Positions 55,148 through 64,000 are shown, counted from the stretch's first letter. The stretch: 64,000 nucleotides of DNA from Bacteroidales bacterium (GCA_028282585.1 JANQHR010000052.1:24363-88362), one strand, 5' to 3'. The notes: generated from the letters alone by a model not told the origin. Numbers and translations are program-made.

Positions 55148-55580
55148 GTACTTAAAGTGATCTAAAGTTTATAAGTGTCTAAAGTTATATGAATAATAAA
55201 GAGTTTAGCCAAAAATTAGAAACCAGAACCAAAGAATTTGCTAAAAGCATTATTAAACTCTCGGCAAGTCTCGAAAAATCATCAGAAAATAATGTAATTA
55301 AAAATCAAGTTACAAAATCAGGAACAAGTATTGGTGCAAATTATAGAGAAGCAAACCGGTCAAGAAGTCGAGCTGATTTTACGAATAAAATTAAAATTTG
55401 TGAAAGCGAAGCAAATGAAACCGTATACTGGTTAGAAATTATATCAGAAATGAATCTAGTAAAACTCGAAATAATCAGGCCAATTTTGATGGAAGCAAGA
55501 GAAATACTTGCTATTTTTACAACTATTAGCAAAAATGTTAAACTTAAGGCATTTTAGGCACTTTTAATTTTAGGCAATTC
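55148..55580 (+). mobile_element. four-helix-bundle gene cassette 4 with ctaaa(g/a)t word flanks
   Basis: Upstream is gtacttaaagtgatctaaagtttataagtgtctaaagtt. The reverse complement of the downstream flank is gaattgcctaaaattaaaagtgcctaaaatgccttaagtt. Confidence 0.4.
55189..55557 (+). CDS. four-helix-bundle protein (23S rRNA IVS protein family)
   Basis: NQVTKSGTSIGANYREANRSRSRADFTNKIKICESEANETVYWLEII. Length is 122 aa. Confidence 0.85.
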   Translation: MNNKEFSQKLETRTKEFAKSIIKLSASLEKSSENNVIKNQVTKSGTSIGANYREANRSRSRADFTNKIKICESEANETVYWLEIISEMNLVKLEIIRPILMEAREILAIFTTISKNVKLKAF

Positions 55581-55583
55581 AAC

Positions 55584-58500
55584 ATGTCAAGTATATTTTA
55601 TTCCATTTATAATCTATTCCGAAAATTTAGAGTTTCATTCATCTTTCTAATCCTATTTATATTTGGCGTTTCAGCCTATTTGGTTACCAAAATCAATTTC
55701 GAGGAAGATATTACCCGGATGCTTCCTTCTGATAAAAATATCCAAAGAATTAGCGAAGTCTCACAGAATATCAATTTTATGGATAGGATCATAATTAACC
55801 TTTCCTTATCAGATACTTCAATATCAGATCCAAACAAACTAATTGAATGTGCCGATATCCTTAATGAAGAACTCAAAAAACACCAACCGGAACTAATAAA
55901 AAATATGGATTACCAGGTTTCCGAACAGGTAATGAACGAGGTTTATGATGTTTTTTTTAATAACCTGCCTATCTTTTTAGAAGAAAGAGATTATCAAAAG
56001 ATCGATAGTTTACTGGATAAATCCTCCATCGAAAATTCAATTAAGAATAACTTTAAAACACTGATATCTCCGGCAAGTATGGTTCTGAAACAATATGTAA
56101 TGAAGGATCCACTTCATTTAACACCCATTGTTTTAAAACGATTAAATAGTTTCCAGGTTGGAGATAACTATGAAATATACAATAGCCGGATTTTCACTAA
56201 AGATAAAAAGAACCTTAGCTTATTTTTAACTTCCGCATATCCATCTGGAGAAACCAAAAAAAATGGTAAGTTAATTTCGATTATAGATCAAAACATCGAT
56301 AGCCTGGCACTACAATTTAACCAGGAAATTAGTATACAGTATTATGGTGCAGCTGCAGTGGCCGTTGGAAATGCCAATCGTATAAAAAGCGATATTCAGC
56401 TTACTGTTACTATAGCTCTCATAATTTTATTAATTTTTATGAGCCTGTTTTTCAGAAAGAAAAGCATATTCCTGATTTTATTCCTTCCTGCTGTTTTTGG
56501 TGGTAGTTTATCATTAGCTATTCTCTTCCTGATTAAAGGCAAAATATCGGCTATTTCACTTGGAATAGGATCTGTTTTACTAGGTATTACTGTAGATTAT
56601 TCCTTACACCTTTTTACGCACTACCGAAGTATTGGCGATGTAAAAAAAGTATTGAAAGATATCTCCACCCCCGTTTTAATGAGTACGCTAACAACAGCCT
56701 CAGCTTTTTTATGTTTACTTTTCGTTAGTTCCAAAGCACTGCAGGATCTGGGTTTATTTGCAGCCATTAGCGTAGTGGTAGCTGCATTATTTTCTTTGAT
56801 TGTTCTACCTCACTTCTTGCGAAGAAAAGATTATGAAAAAGTACACCAAAGGGAACAAAAATCTTTAATTGAGAAAATTACTTCTTACCCTTACGAGAAA
56901 AACAAGTACTTAATTCTTGTAATAGTTGCATTTACCATTGTTTCTTTTTTCTTTTCAAGAAAAACATCATTCGATGGAGATATGGATAAAATGAGTTACC
57001 TATCGCCTGAATTGAAAGAAGCCGAAGACAATCTTAATAAAATAGCCAATGTAACCTTAAAATCGGTTTACCTGATAAGTACCGGTGAAAATTTACAAGA
57101 CGCTTTAGCCAATAACGAAAGAGCAATTCCAAAGCTGGAAAATTTAAAGAATAAGGGAATTGTTAACCAGTACACCAATATAAGTGCTGTTTTAATTTCA
57201 GATTCATTGCAAAAAGAAAGAATAAAAAGGTGGAACATATTTTGGACCAAAGAAAAAACTGAAAAATTAAAGCAGAATCTCCAAAAGTCAGGCGAAAAAT
57301 TCAAGTTCCGGCCCAATGCTTTTTCTTCTTTTTATCAATTATTAGATAAGGAATTCAATGCTGTTCAGCAAGAAGATTTAAAAGGATTACGGGAATTATT
57401 TGTTGATGATTTTATCACTGAAAAGGAAAATATAACCACGGTTATAAGCATTCTAAAAGCAGATGAGTTGGATAAACCAACTATCTACGAAACTTTTTCT
57501 GAAAATAATGACCTGGTAGTTTTCGATAAAAAGTACATGGCCGATAACCTGGTTCGCATATTGAAGGGTGATTTCAACTTACTTGTTAAGGTATCATTAG
57601 GAATCGTATTTTTAATCCTGCTATTATCATTTGGCAGAATAGAATTAGCATTGTTAACTTTTATTCCAATGTCAGTTTCTTGGATATGGACTCTTGGTAT
57701 AATGGGAATTCTAGGCATTAAATTCACCATCTTCAACATTATTATTTCTACATTCATTTTCGGGTTAGGAATTGATTATTCCATTTTCATTATGCGGGGA
57801 TTATTACAAGAATACAAATATGGAATTAAAAACTTGGATTCATACAAAACATCTATCTTCCTTTCCGGAGTTACCACCATTACAGGAATTGGTGTTTTAA
57901 TTTTTGCACAGCACCCTGCTTTAAAATCCATGGCTGTTTTATCCATTATTGGTATACTTTCTGTGATTATTATATCCTATACGTTGGAACCTGCACTGTT
58001 TAACTTATTTCTCTTAAATCGAAAGAAAAAAGGTAAAATAGCCTATACTTTTCAAGAGTTTTTAAGCTCTCTTTTAGCATGGTCTATATTTATCATTGGT
58101 TCGATATATACAACGTTTGTAGGCTTTATTTTATTCAGGGTATTACAAATTAAAAATAAGAAAGTACAGCTGTTTTTTAATTACTCCATGGTTTTTTCAT
58201 CTTCTGCGCTCTTTTATGGAATGCTTAATATTCAAAAGAGAATTCTTAATCCAAATAAAGAAGATTTTAAAAAGCCATGTGTGATTATATGTAACCATCA
58301 ATCGTATATCGACCTTATTTACAATATGTCTATTAATCCAAAAATTATTATTCTAACAAACGATTGGGTTCAAAAAAATAAGATATATGGCAGGTTGGTT
58401 CAGATGGCTGATTTTTATCCTGTTTCGGAAGGTTACGAGGCTATTCTTCCTAAATTAAGGGCTAAAGTTGAAAGCGGTTTTTCCATATTGGTTTACCCTG

Positions 58501-59453
58501 AAGGTACCAGGTCTGTAAATTTTAAAATGAAAAGGTTCCATAAAGGAGCTTTCTATATCGCTGAAAAATTAAACCTTGATATTCTTCCAATTGTACTGCA
58601 TGGAACCGGTTTTTGCATGACTAAAGGAGATGATTTATTACTAAAAAATGGAACCGTAACAGCTAAATACCTTGATAGGATAAGCCCTGATAATAAAGAA
58701 TATGGCGAAAACTATTCGAAACGTGCAAAAGGCATTGGCAAGTACTTTAGGGAAGAATATAATAAGCTACGCTTTGAACTCGAGGATACTAAATACTATA
58801 AAAACCAACTAATAAAAAATTACATTTTTAAAGGCCCCGTATTAGAATGGTACTTGCGTATTAAATTAAGAATGGAAAAGAACTACGAATTATTTAATTC
58901 TTTAATTCCACGTGCCGCTAAAATATACGATATTGGTTGCGGTTATGGTTACCTTTCTTATATGTTGCATTTTGTATCGGAAGAACGAAAGATAACAGGT
59001 GTAGATTATGATAATGAAAAGATTCAAGTGGCAAAAAATTGTAATTCTAAAAACGAATACATTCATTTTGATTGTGCGGATATAACACAATATAATTTTG
59101 AACCTGCAGATGTTTTTATTTTAAGTGATGTATTGCATTACTTTCCTAAAGAAGGGCAGGAAATAGTTGTTGCCAACTGCATTCAAAACCTGAATGATGG
59201 CGGAATGGTAATTATACGCGATGCAAATACAAATTTAAAGGGGCGGCATAAAGGAACTAAATTTTCGGAGTTTCTTTCAACAAAAATTATTGGGTTTAAT
59301 AAAACAAAAGATGAGTCAAAACAGTTATACTTTCTTTCATCAGATGATATTTTAGGTATGTTCAGCAAGCATAATATGGAAGTAGAAATTGTCGACCAAA
59401 CTAAATTAACGTCGAATGTAGTTTATATAATTAGAAAGAACCAAACTAATTAA
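55584..59453 (+). CDS. tripartite fusion: MMPL/RND-like exporter + PlsC-type acyltransferase + SAM-dependent methyltransferase
   Basis: Two TM bundles with large loops span aa 1 to about 800. The HX4D motif CNHQSYIDL plus YPEGTRS lie near 58293-58520. Methyltransferase motif I, YDIGCGYGYLS, lies near 58925. Confidence 0.8.
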   Translation: MSSIFYSIYNLFRKFRVSFIFLILFIFGVSAYLVTKINFEEDITRMLPSDKNIQRISEVSQNINFMDRIIINLSLSDTSISDPNKLIECADILNEELKKHQPELIKNMDYQVSEQVMNEVYDVFFNNLPIFLEERDYQKIDSLLDKSSIENSIKNNFKTLISPASMVLKQYVMKDPLHLTPIVLKRLNSFQVGDNYEIYNSRIFTKDKKNLSLFLTSAYPSGETKKNGKLISIIDQNIDSLALQFNQEISIQYYGAAAVAVGNANRIKSDIQLTVTIALIILLIFMSLFFRKKSIFLILFLPAVFGGSLSLAILFLIKGKISAISLGIGSVLLGITVDYSLHLFTHYRSIGDVKKVLKDISTPVLMSTLTTASAFLCLLFVSSKALQDLGLFAAISVVVAALFSLIVLPHFLRRKDYEKVHQREQKSLIEKITSYPYEKNKYLILVIVAFTIVSFFFSRKTSFDGDMDKMSYLSPELKEAEDNLNKIANVTLKSVYLISTGENLQDALANNERAIPKLENLKNKGIVNQYTNISAVLISDSLQKERIKRWNIFWTKEKTEKLKQNLQKSGEKFKFRPNAFSSFYQLLDKEFNAVQQEDLKGLRELFVDDFITEKENITTVISILKADELDKPTIYETFSENNDLVVFDKKYMADNLVRILKGDFNLLVKVSLGIVFLILLLSFGRIELALLTFIPMSVSWIWTLGIMGILGIKFTIFNIIISTFIFGLGIDYSIFIMRGLLQEYKYGIKNLDSYKTSIFLSGVTTITGIGVLIFAQHPALKSMAVLSIIGILSVIIISYTLEPALFNLFLLNRKKKGKIAYTFQEFLSSLLAWSIFIIGSIYTTFVGFILFRVLQIKNKKVQLFFNYSMVFSSSALFYGMLNIQKRILNPNKEDFKKPCVIICNHQSYIDLIYNMSINPKIIILTNDWVQKNKIYGRLVQMADFYPVSEGYEAILPKLRAKVESGFSILVYPEGTRSVNFKMKRFHKGAFYIAEKLNLDILPIVLHGTGFCMTKGDDLLLKNGTVTAKYLDRISPDNKEYGENYSKRAKGIGKYFREEYNKLRFELEDTKYYKNQLIKNYIFKGPVLEWYLRIKLRMEKNYELFNSLIPRAAKIYDIGCGYGYLSYMLHFVSEERKITGVDYDNEKIQVAKNCNSKNEYIHFDCADITQYNFEPADVFILSDVLHYFPKEGQEIVVANCIQNLNDGGMVIIRDANTNLKGRHKGTKFSEFLSTKIIGFNKTKDESKQLYFLSSDDILGMFSKHNMEVEIVDQTKLTSNVVYIIRKNQTN

Positions 59454-59454
59454 T

Positions 59455-60945
59455 ATGCCAAAATACGATGTTGTTATTATAGGAAGCGGTTTAGGAGGGC
59501 TTTTTTGCGGCAATATACTTAGCAAGGAAGGGTTGAATGTTTGTGTATTGGAGAAACAGAAACATTTGGGTGGAAATTTGCAAACTTTTAAGCGTGATGG
59601 AAAGATATTCGATACTGGAGTACATTACGTTGGGGGATTGGGGAAAGGGCAAAATTTACATCAATATTTCAAGTATGCAGGCATTGTTGATGATTTAAAC
59701 CTGAAAAGGCTTGATATGGATGCCTTTGATAAAATCAACTTTCAGGGGAAAACATATTCATATGCGCAGGGGTACAGCAATTTTATTGAAACATTAGCAC
59801 AAGATTTTCCGAAAGAAGAAGAAGCATTAAAAAACTATGAAGCCCAGGTTAAAAGAATATGCAATGAATTTCCTTTGTACAATGTCCGCCCAAATCTTGG
59901 CCAGGATAATGAACATGTTTATTATGAAAGAAATGTTGGGGATTTCTTAAAAGCTATTACACCAAACGAAAAATTGCAAAATGTATTAGCAGGAAATAAT
60001 TTATTGTACGCAGGTATACCTAATAAAACTCCTGTTGCTATTCATGCTTTAATTACCAATTCATTAATTGAAGGTGCTTACCGTTTTAAAGATGGCAGCC
60101 AACAAGTAGCTAATTTGCTTGTTGAATCCATACAAAGAAATGGTGGTACATTGCTCACGGACAGTGAAGTTGTAAAATTAAATTTTGAAAACAAAAAGAT
60201 TGAATCTGCAGAATTAAAAAATGGAGAATTAATTGAAGCCAACAGCTTTATTTCCGCCATACACCCTACTCTTACTCTTGCTATGACGGATAGTAAATTA
60301 CTTAGAAGGCCATACAGAACGAGAATAAACGAAATAGAAGAAACAATATCCGTATTTGCTATTTATATTTCATTTAAACCGGAAAGTTTTCCATACTTAA
60401 ATTATAATTATTACCACTTTAATGAAGATTCAGTTTGGAGTATCCCGAATTATAACCCCAAAAAATGGCCTCAAGAATACCTTTTCTTAACATTGCCATC
60501 CAGCAAATCAAAGAAATATGCGCAAACAGCAACTGCGATGACATATATGAAATACGATGAAGTAGGGCATTGGAGAAACTCAAGTATTGGCAACAGAGGG
60601 GATGATTATGAAAGTTTTAAAAAGTATAAAGCTGAATTATTGATTGATCAGATAGGCAAACAGTATCCAGGCTTTAAATCGAGTATTTCAAATTATTACA
60701 CTTCTACCCCTCTTTCAATGGAAGCGTATACAGGCACCCGAAACGGTTCAATATATGGTATATTGCATGACAGTAATGAACCGTTAAAATCACGAATTGC
60801 CCCGAAAACTAAAATTCCCAATTTATTTTTAAGTGGGCAGAATATTAATATTCATGGAGTATTAGGAGTAACCGTCAGTGCAGTGCTAACCTGCACAGAA
60901 TTAGTAGGAATGAAATATTTATTAGATAAGATTCAAAATGCATAG
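59455..60945 (+). CDS. FAD/NAD(P)-dependent oxidoreductase (phytoene desaturase/CrtI-like family)
   Basis: N-terminal dinucleotide fold YDVVIIGSGLGGL ... VLEKQKHLGGN. Length is 496 aa. Confidence 0.8.
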   Translation: MPKYDVVIIGSGLGGLFCGNILSKEGLNVCVLEKQKHLGGNLQTFKRDGKIFDTGVHYVGGLGKGQNLHQYFKYAGIVDDLNLKRLDMDAFDKINFQGKTYSYAQGYSNFIETLAQDFPKEEEALKNYEAQVKRICNEFPLYNVRPNLGQDNEHVYYERNVGDFLKAITPNEKLQNVLAGNNLLYAGIPNKTPVAIHALITNSLIEGAYRFKDGSQQVANLLVESIQRNGGTLLTDSEVVKLNFENKKIESAELKNGELIEANSFISAIHPTLTLAMTDSKLLRRPYRTRINEIEETISVFAIYISFKPESFPYLNYNYYHFNEDSVWSIPNYNPKKWPQEYLFLTLPSSKSKKYAQTATAMTYMKYDEVGHWRNSSIGNRGDDYESFKKYKAELLIDQIGKQYPGFKSSISNYYTSTPLSMEAYTGTRNGSIYGILHDSNEPLKSRIAPKTKIPNLFLSGQNINIHGVLGVTVSAVLTCTELVGMKYLLDKIQNA

Positions 60946-62626
60946 GTTCAAGGAAATACTTAAAAAGTTCGGAAAGGTGGCCGTGTGGTTAACCGCTATA
61001 ATTACGATACTTATTATTTTATTCAAAATCACAACAAGAATAAACCCGCCCGAGGTAAGTAATACTAAAATAGAGAATTTGCAAGTAAGAACTATGGATT
61101 CTAATTTCAGGGAAATGAAGGGAAACTGGCTGCAAAAAAATAATCTGGGCCTTTGGGAAATGTATATAAAGGGCGAAGCTTATCAACGAGGAATTATTAA
61201 TGGTAAACTGTCTGAAGATTTGATTTATAAACAGGAAAAAGCTTTTGTAAATCAAATTAAGGAAATGATTCCATCTGAATCATACCTGAAATTCTTAAAA
61301 AGTTTTATCGCCTTTTTCAACAGAAACATTGATAAACATATTATTGAAGAATATCAAAAAGAAATTTATGGAATCTCTCAATCTGCCTCAGAAAAATTTG
61401 ATTTTATCGGGCCTAATTACCACCGAATTTTAAATTACCATGCTGCTCACGACATTGGGCATGCTTTGCAAAATATGAACCTGGTAGCTTGCACAGCTTT
61501 TTCTGGGTGGGGTTCGAAGTCTGCAGATAGTTCATTAATTATAGGGCGCAACTTTGATTTTTACGTGGGTGATGAATTTGCCGAAGATAAAATCATTATG
61601 TTCTGCGAGCCCCGGAAAGGGTACCCATTTATGATTGTTACCTGGGGAGGAATGATAGGCGCAACATCCGGAATGAACAATCAAGGATTAACCGTAACAT
61701 TAAATGCCGCTAAATCAGATATTCCTTTTAGCGCCGCAACGCCGGTATCATTAGTAGCGCGTGAAATTCTTCAGTATGCATCAACCATTGAGCAAGCATA
61801 CGAAATTGCTAAAAAAAGAAAAATGTTTGTTGCCGAGTCCATTATGGTAGGTTCTGCGAAAGATGGAAAAACTGCCACCATAGAAAAATCACCGGATCAC
61901 CTTGCTTTGTATAAAACAGAAAAGGATTACATGATTTGCAGTAATCATTTCCAAAGTGTTGAAATGCAAAAGGAAGAATTTGCACATGCAAATTTATATG
62001 ATTATGCCACAACATATCGCCTGGAAAGAGTAGAAGAATTGCTGGCCAAAAATCCAAAATTAGATGTAAACAACGTTGCTGAAATATTACGCAACCAAAA
62101 AGGGCTTAATGGCAAAAATATTGGAATGGGAAATGAAAAATCTGTAAATCAGCTCATTGCTCACCATTCAATTATTTTTAAGCCCGAAGAGCTGAAAGTT
62201 TGGGTTTCCTCCTCTCCTTTCCAGTTGGGCGAATACGCCTGTTATGATTTAAATAAGGTTTTCGGAAAAGTTGAACATATCACAAAACCTACAATAATTT
62301 ATGAAGAAGGCCAGAGTATTCCTGCCGATGCATTTTTACATTCAAAAGATTATAAGAACTTCATCCGTTTTAAAGAAATCAGAACACAAATTCAAGCAGC
62401 AATAAAATCAGGCGTTAAAATTGTTGAAGATGATTACCTTTTCAATGAAATCATTGGATTGAACCCGGAGTTCTTTGAAACCTATGTGTATATTGGAAAT
62501 TATTTTAAACATTTTAATAAACCGGAGAAGTCAATATTAGCTTATCAAAAAGCATTAACAAAAGAAATTCCTAATATTTACCAGAGAGAAAATATAGTAG
62601 AGAAAATAAACCAATTAAAAAAATAG
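60938..62626 (+). CDS. peptidase C45 / acyl-CoA:6-aminopenicillanic-acid acyltransferase-like Ntn protein
   Basis: N-terminal TM anchor. The candidate nucleophile context LVACTAFSGW is followed by IGRNFDF. The helical C-terminus is TPR-like. Confidence 0.6.
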   Translation: MHRFKEILKKFGKVAVWLTAIITILIILFKITTRINPPEVSNTKIENLQVRTMDSNFREMKGNWLQKNNLGLWEMYIKGEAYQRGIINGKLSEDLIYKQEKAFVNQIKEMIPSESYLKFLKSFIAFFNRNIDKHIIEEYQKEIYGISQSASEKFDFIGPNYHRILNYHAAHDIGHALQNMNLVACTAFSGWGSKSADSSLIIGRNFDFYVGDEFAEDKIIMFCEPRKGYPFMIVTWGGMIGATSGMNNQGLTVTLNAAKSDIPFSAATPVSLVAREILQYASTIEQAYEIAKKRKMFVAESIMVGSAKDGKTATIEKSPDHLALYKTEKDYMICSNHFQSVEMQKEEFAHANLYDYATTYRLERVEELLAKNPKLDVNNVAEILRNQKGLNGKNIGMGNEKSVNQLIAHHSIIFKPEELKVWVSSSPFQLGEYACYDLNKVFGKVEHITKPTIIYEEGQSIPADAFLHSKDYKNFIRFKEIRTQIQAAIKSGVKIVEDDYLFNEIIGLNPEFFETYVYIGNYFKHFNKPEKSILAYQKALTKEIPNIYQRENIVEKINQLKK

Positions 62627-62655
62627 CATAAGCCCATCACTTTAAAAACGTTTAC

Positions 62656-64000
62656 ATGCCCGAACCAAAATCAACCCAAGTTTATGATATAGCCATTATT
62701 GGCGGAGGCGTAAGCGGATTAACCGCAGGAGCTATTGCCGCCAAATTTGGGTTAAAATGTTGTATTCTCGAAAAACAACCCCATTTAGGCGGTTATATTG
62801 CAGGATTTGATAAGGAAGGGTTTAAAATTGATACCGCCATTCATTGGTTAAATCAATGCAGCAAAAATGAAATGGCCGGTAGGATTTTCAGTTTAATTGG
62901 CAATGATTCGCCAGAATTAAAACCACTGGATAAAATACACCGGTTTAAAGGAGATTCTTACGATTATGTTTTAAGCAATAAGCCTGATGAATTGAAGGAA
63001 AAATTAATCGAGGATTTTCCGCACGAAAAGAAAGGCATTCAGAAATTCTTTCGGGTAGCAAAAGGAATGGGTAAAGGGACCCTTGCATATGCCAAGCTGT
63101 TTAGAACTGATGAAAGTATGGCTTTTTTTGAAAGTATGTATTTCAAAATTAAGTTGCTCAGGTTTTATTTTCCTTTAATTAAATACATTTTTTATAGTGG
63201 TGATGGTGTTACGAAAGGATTAAATAAATTTTTTAAGGATAAAAACCTGCATAAGCTATATAGCTCCGAAAAGGATTTATTATCTTGTTTGTTTCCAATA
63301 GCATGGGCTTATAACAATGGTTACCAAATACCAAAAAAAGGTGGAGCAAGGGTTTTTATACAATGGTTAAAACATGTTAATGAATTTTATAAAAATGATA
63401 TCATTACAAATTCAGAGGTAAAGCGCCTACATATTCAAAATAACAATTGCGAACGTATAGAATACACACAGGCTGGCGAAACTATTTTTATAAAAAGTAA
63501 ACATGTCATTTCAACCAATGACATCGAAACGCTCTATACTAAACAATTGTCAAAAAATGTAGTTAGCAATAAATTTAAAGAACGGTTAAACCATGCAGTT
63601 TTGTATAGTTCGGCATTCACAGTAAATATTGCGCTAAACTGTACAGCAGAATCATTGGGCATTGGCGAGGAATTAATAAGCATTGCCAAAGAAGGTATCC
63701 AACGAAAAGAACATGACGGAGGCAATCCATTAATAAGCGATATAAGTGTTTTAGCCCCATCTGCAAGAGATAAAACACTGGTGCCTGGAGGTAAGGGGTT
63801 AATTACCCTATATATGGCTGCATATATGGGTTATAAAAATAATTGGAGTACTGAAAAAGGCGAGAATGGTAATTTTATCCGCGGTGAGAGATATAACCAA
63901 CTAAAAAATGAAGTGGCAGAAATATTAATTAAACGAGTAGAGAAAGAGCTTGGTATTGGATTAAAGAAACACATTCAATTCTACGATGTATCCACTCCAA
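62656..64000 (+). CDS. FAD-dependent oxidoreductase (CrtI-like), 3' end beyond window
   Basis: The ATG at 62656 opens a frame without a stop to position 64000; it is not in the ORF track because it is incomplete. N-terminus VYDIAIIGGGVSGLTAGAIAAKFG ... ILEKQPHLGG. Confidence 0.75.
   Translation, partial: MPEPKSTQVYDIAIIGGGVSGLTAGAIAAKFGLKCCILEKQPHLGGYIAGFDKEGFKIDTAIHWLNQCSKNEMAGRIFSLIGNDSPELKPLDKIHRFKGDSYDYVLSNKPDELKEKLIEDFPHEKKGIQKFFRVAKGMGKGTLAYAKLFRTDESMAFFESMYFKIKLLRFYFPLIKYIFYSGDGVTKGLNKFFKDKNLHKLYSSEKDLLSCLFPIAWAYNNGYQIPKKGGARVFIQWLKHVNEFYKNDIITNSEVKRLHIQNNNCERIEYTQAGETIFIKSKHVISTNDIETLYTKQLSKNVVSNKFKERLNHAVLYSSAFTVNIALNCTAESLGIGEELISIAKEGIQRKEHDGGNPLISDISVLAPSARDKTLVPGGKGLITLYMAAYMGYKNNWSTEKGENGNFIRGERYNQLKNEVAEILIKRVEKELGIGLKKHIQFYDVSTP

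Noticed and set aside
40783-55557. Diversity-generating retroelement, suggested by the Avd-like four-helix-bundle proteins.
   Set aside because: The window has no reverse transcriptase gene. There is no template/variable repeat pair with adenine-specific mismatches. The bundle genes are scattered singly between biosynthetic genes.
59455-64000. Carotenoid cluster, suggested by two CrtI-like genes.
   Set aside because: There is no phytoene synthase, lycopene cyclase or prenyl-diphosphate synthase. CrtI-like flavoproteins are regular members of APE and flexirubin-type loci.
1-64000. CRISPR arrays, tRNA or rRNA genes.
   Set aside because: No regularly spaced direct repeats of 25-40 nt were seen. 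The repeated words found are short, stuttered and flank single genes. No cloverleaf-like or rRNA-like GC-rich blocks stood out in the intergenic regions. This was a visual scan only.

Overview
This is an AT-rich chromosomal segment with a Bacteroidota-type gene repertoire: a CarboxypepD_reg/TonB-dependent receptor, TPR and OmpA envelope proteins, many lipoprotein signals ending in Cys, TAnnTTTG-like promoter boxes and almost no Shine-Dalgarno sequences. Taxonomy is inferred from content only. Positions 1-27.6 kb carry ordinary genes: two beta-lactamase-fold serine hydrolases, a DHOD-like protein, YggS, serC-serA-DUF1015, a ComB-family phosphatase, gcvT, an Hpt+STAS pair, RNase HI, a flavin reductase, a B12-radical SAM enzyme and a secreted SOR-like protein. 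From 27.7 kb to the window end (over 36 kb, running off at 64000) lies one large aryl-polyene/flexirubin-type type II PKS-like lipid-pigment cluster. It forms two divergent arms around a 317-bp promoter region (33927-34243). The minus arm encodes an HTH protein, a BtrH-like protein, ACP, sulfotransferase, B12-rSAM, an unknown protein, ACP, a PPTase and a FabD-like AT. The plus arm encodes an ammonia-lyase, KR, ketosynthases, ACPs, dehydratases, acyltransferases, an ABC exporter, thioesterase, deacetylase, LolA-like carrier, GT2, an exporter-acyltransferase-methyltransferase fusion, CrtI-like flavoproteins and a C45 Ntn protein. The plus-arm operon is colonised by four divergent four-helix-bundle (23S rRNA IVS protein / Avd-like) gene cassettes, each bounded by its own imperfect inverted word-repeats. 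It also holds one IS200/RAYT-like Y1 transposase with a GC-rich REP-like hairpin, and two gene-less hairpin elements. A fifth, frameshifted cassette sits in the serA-DUF1015 spacer. All insertions are co-oriented with the host operon. I found no rRNA, tRNA or CRISPR array. All calls rest on motif reading of the supplied translations and by-eye repeat comparison; no database search was possible.
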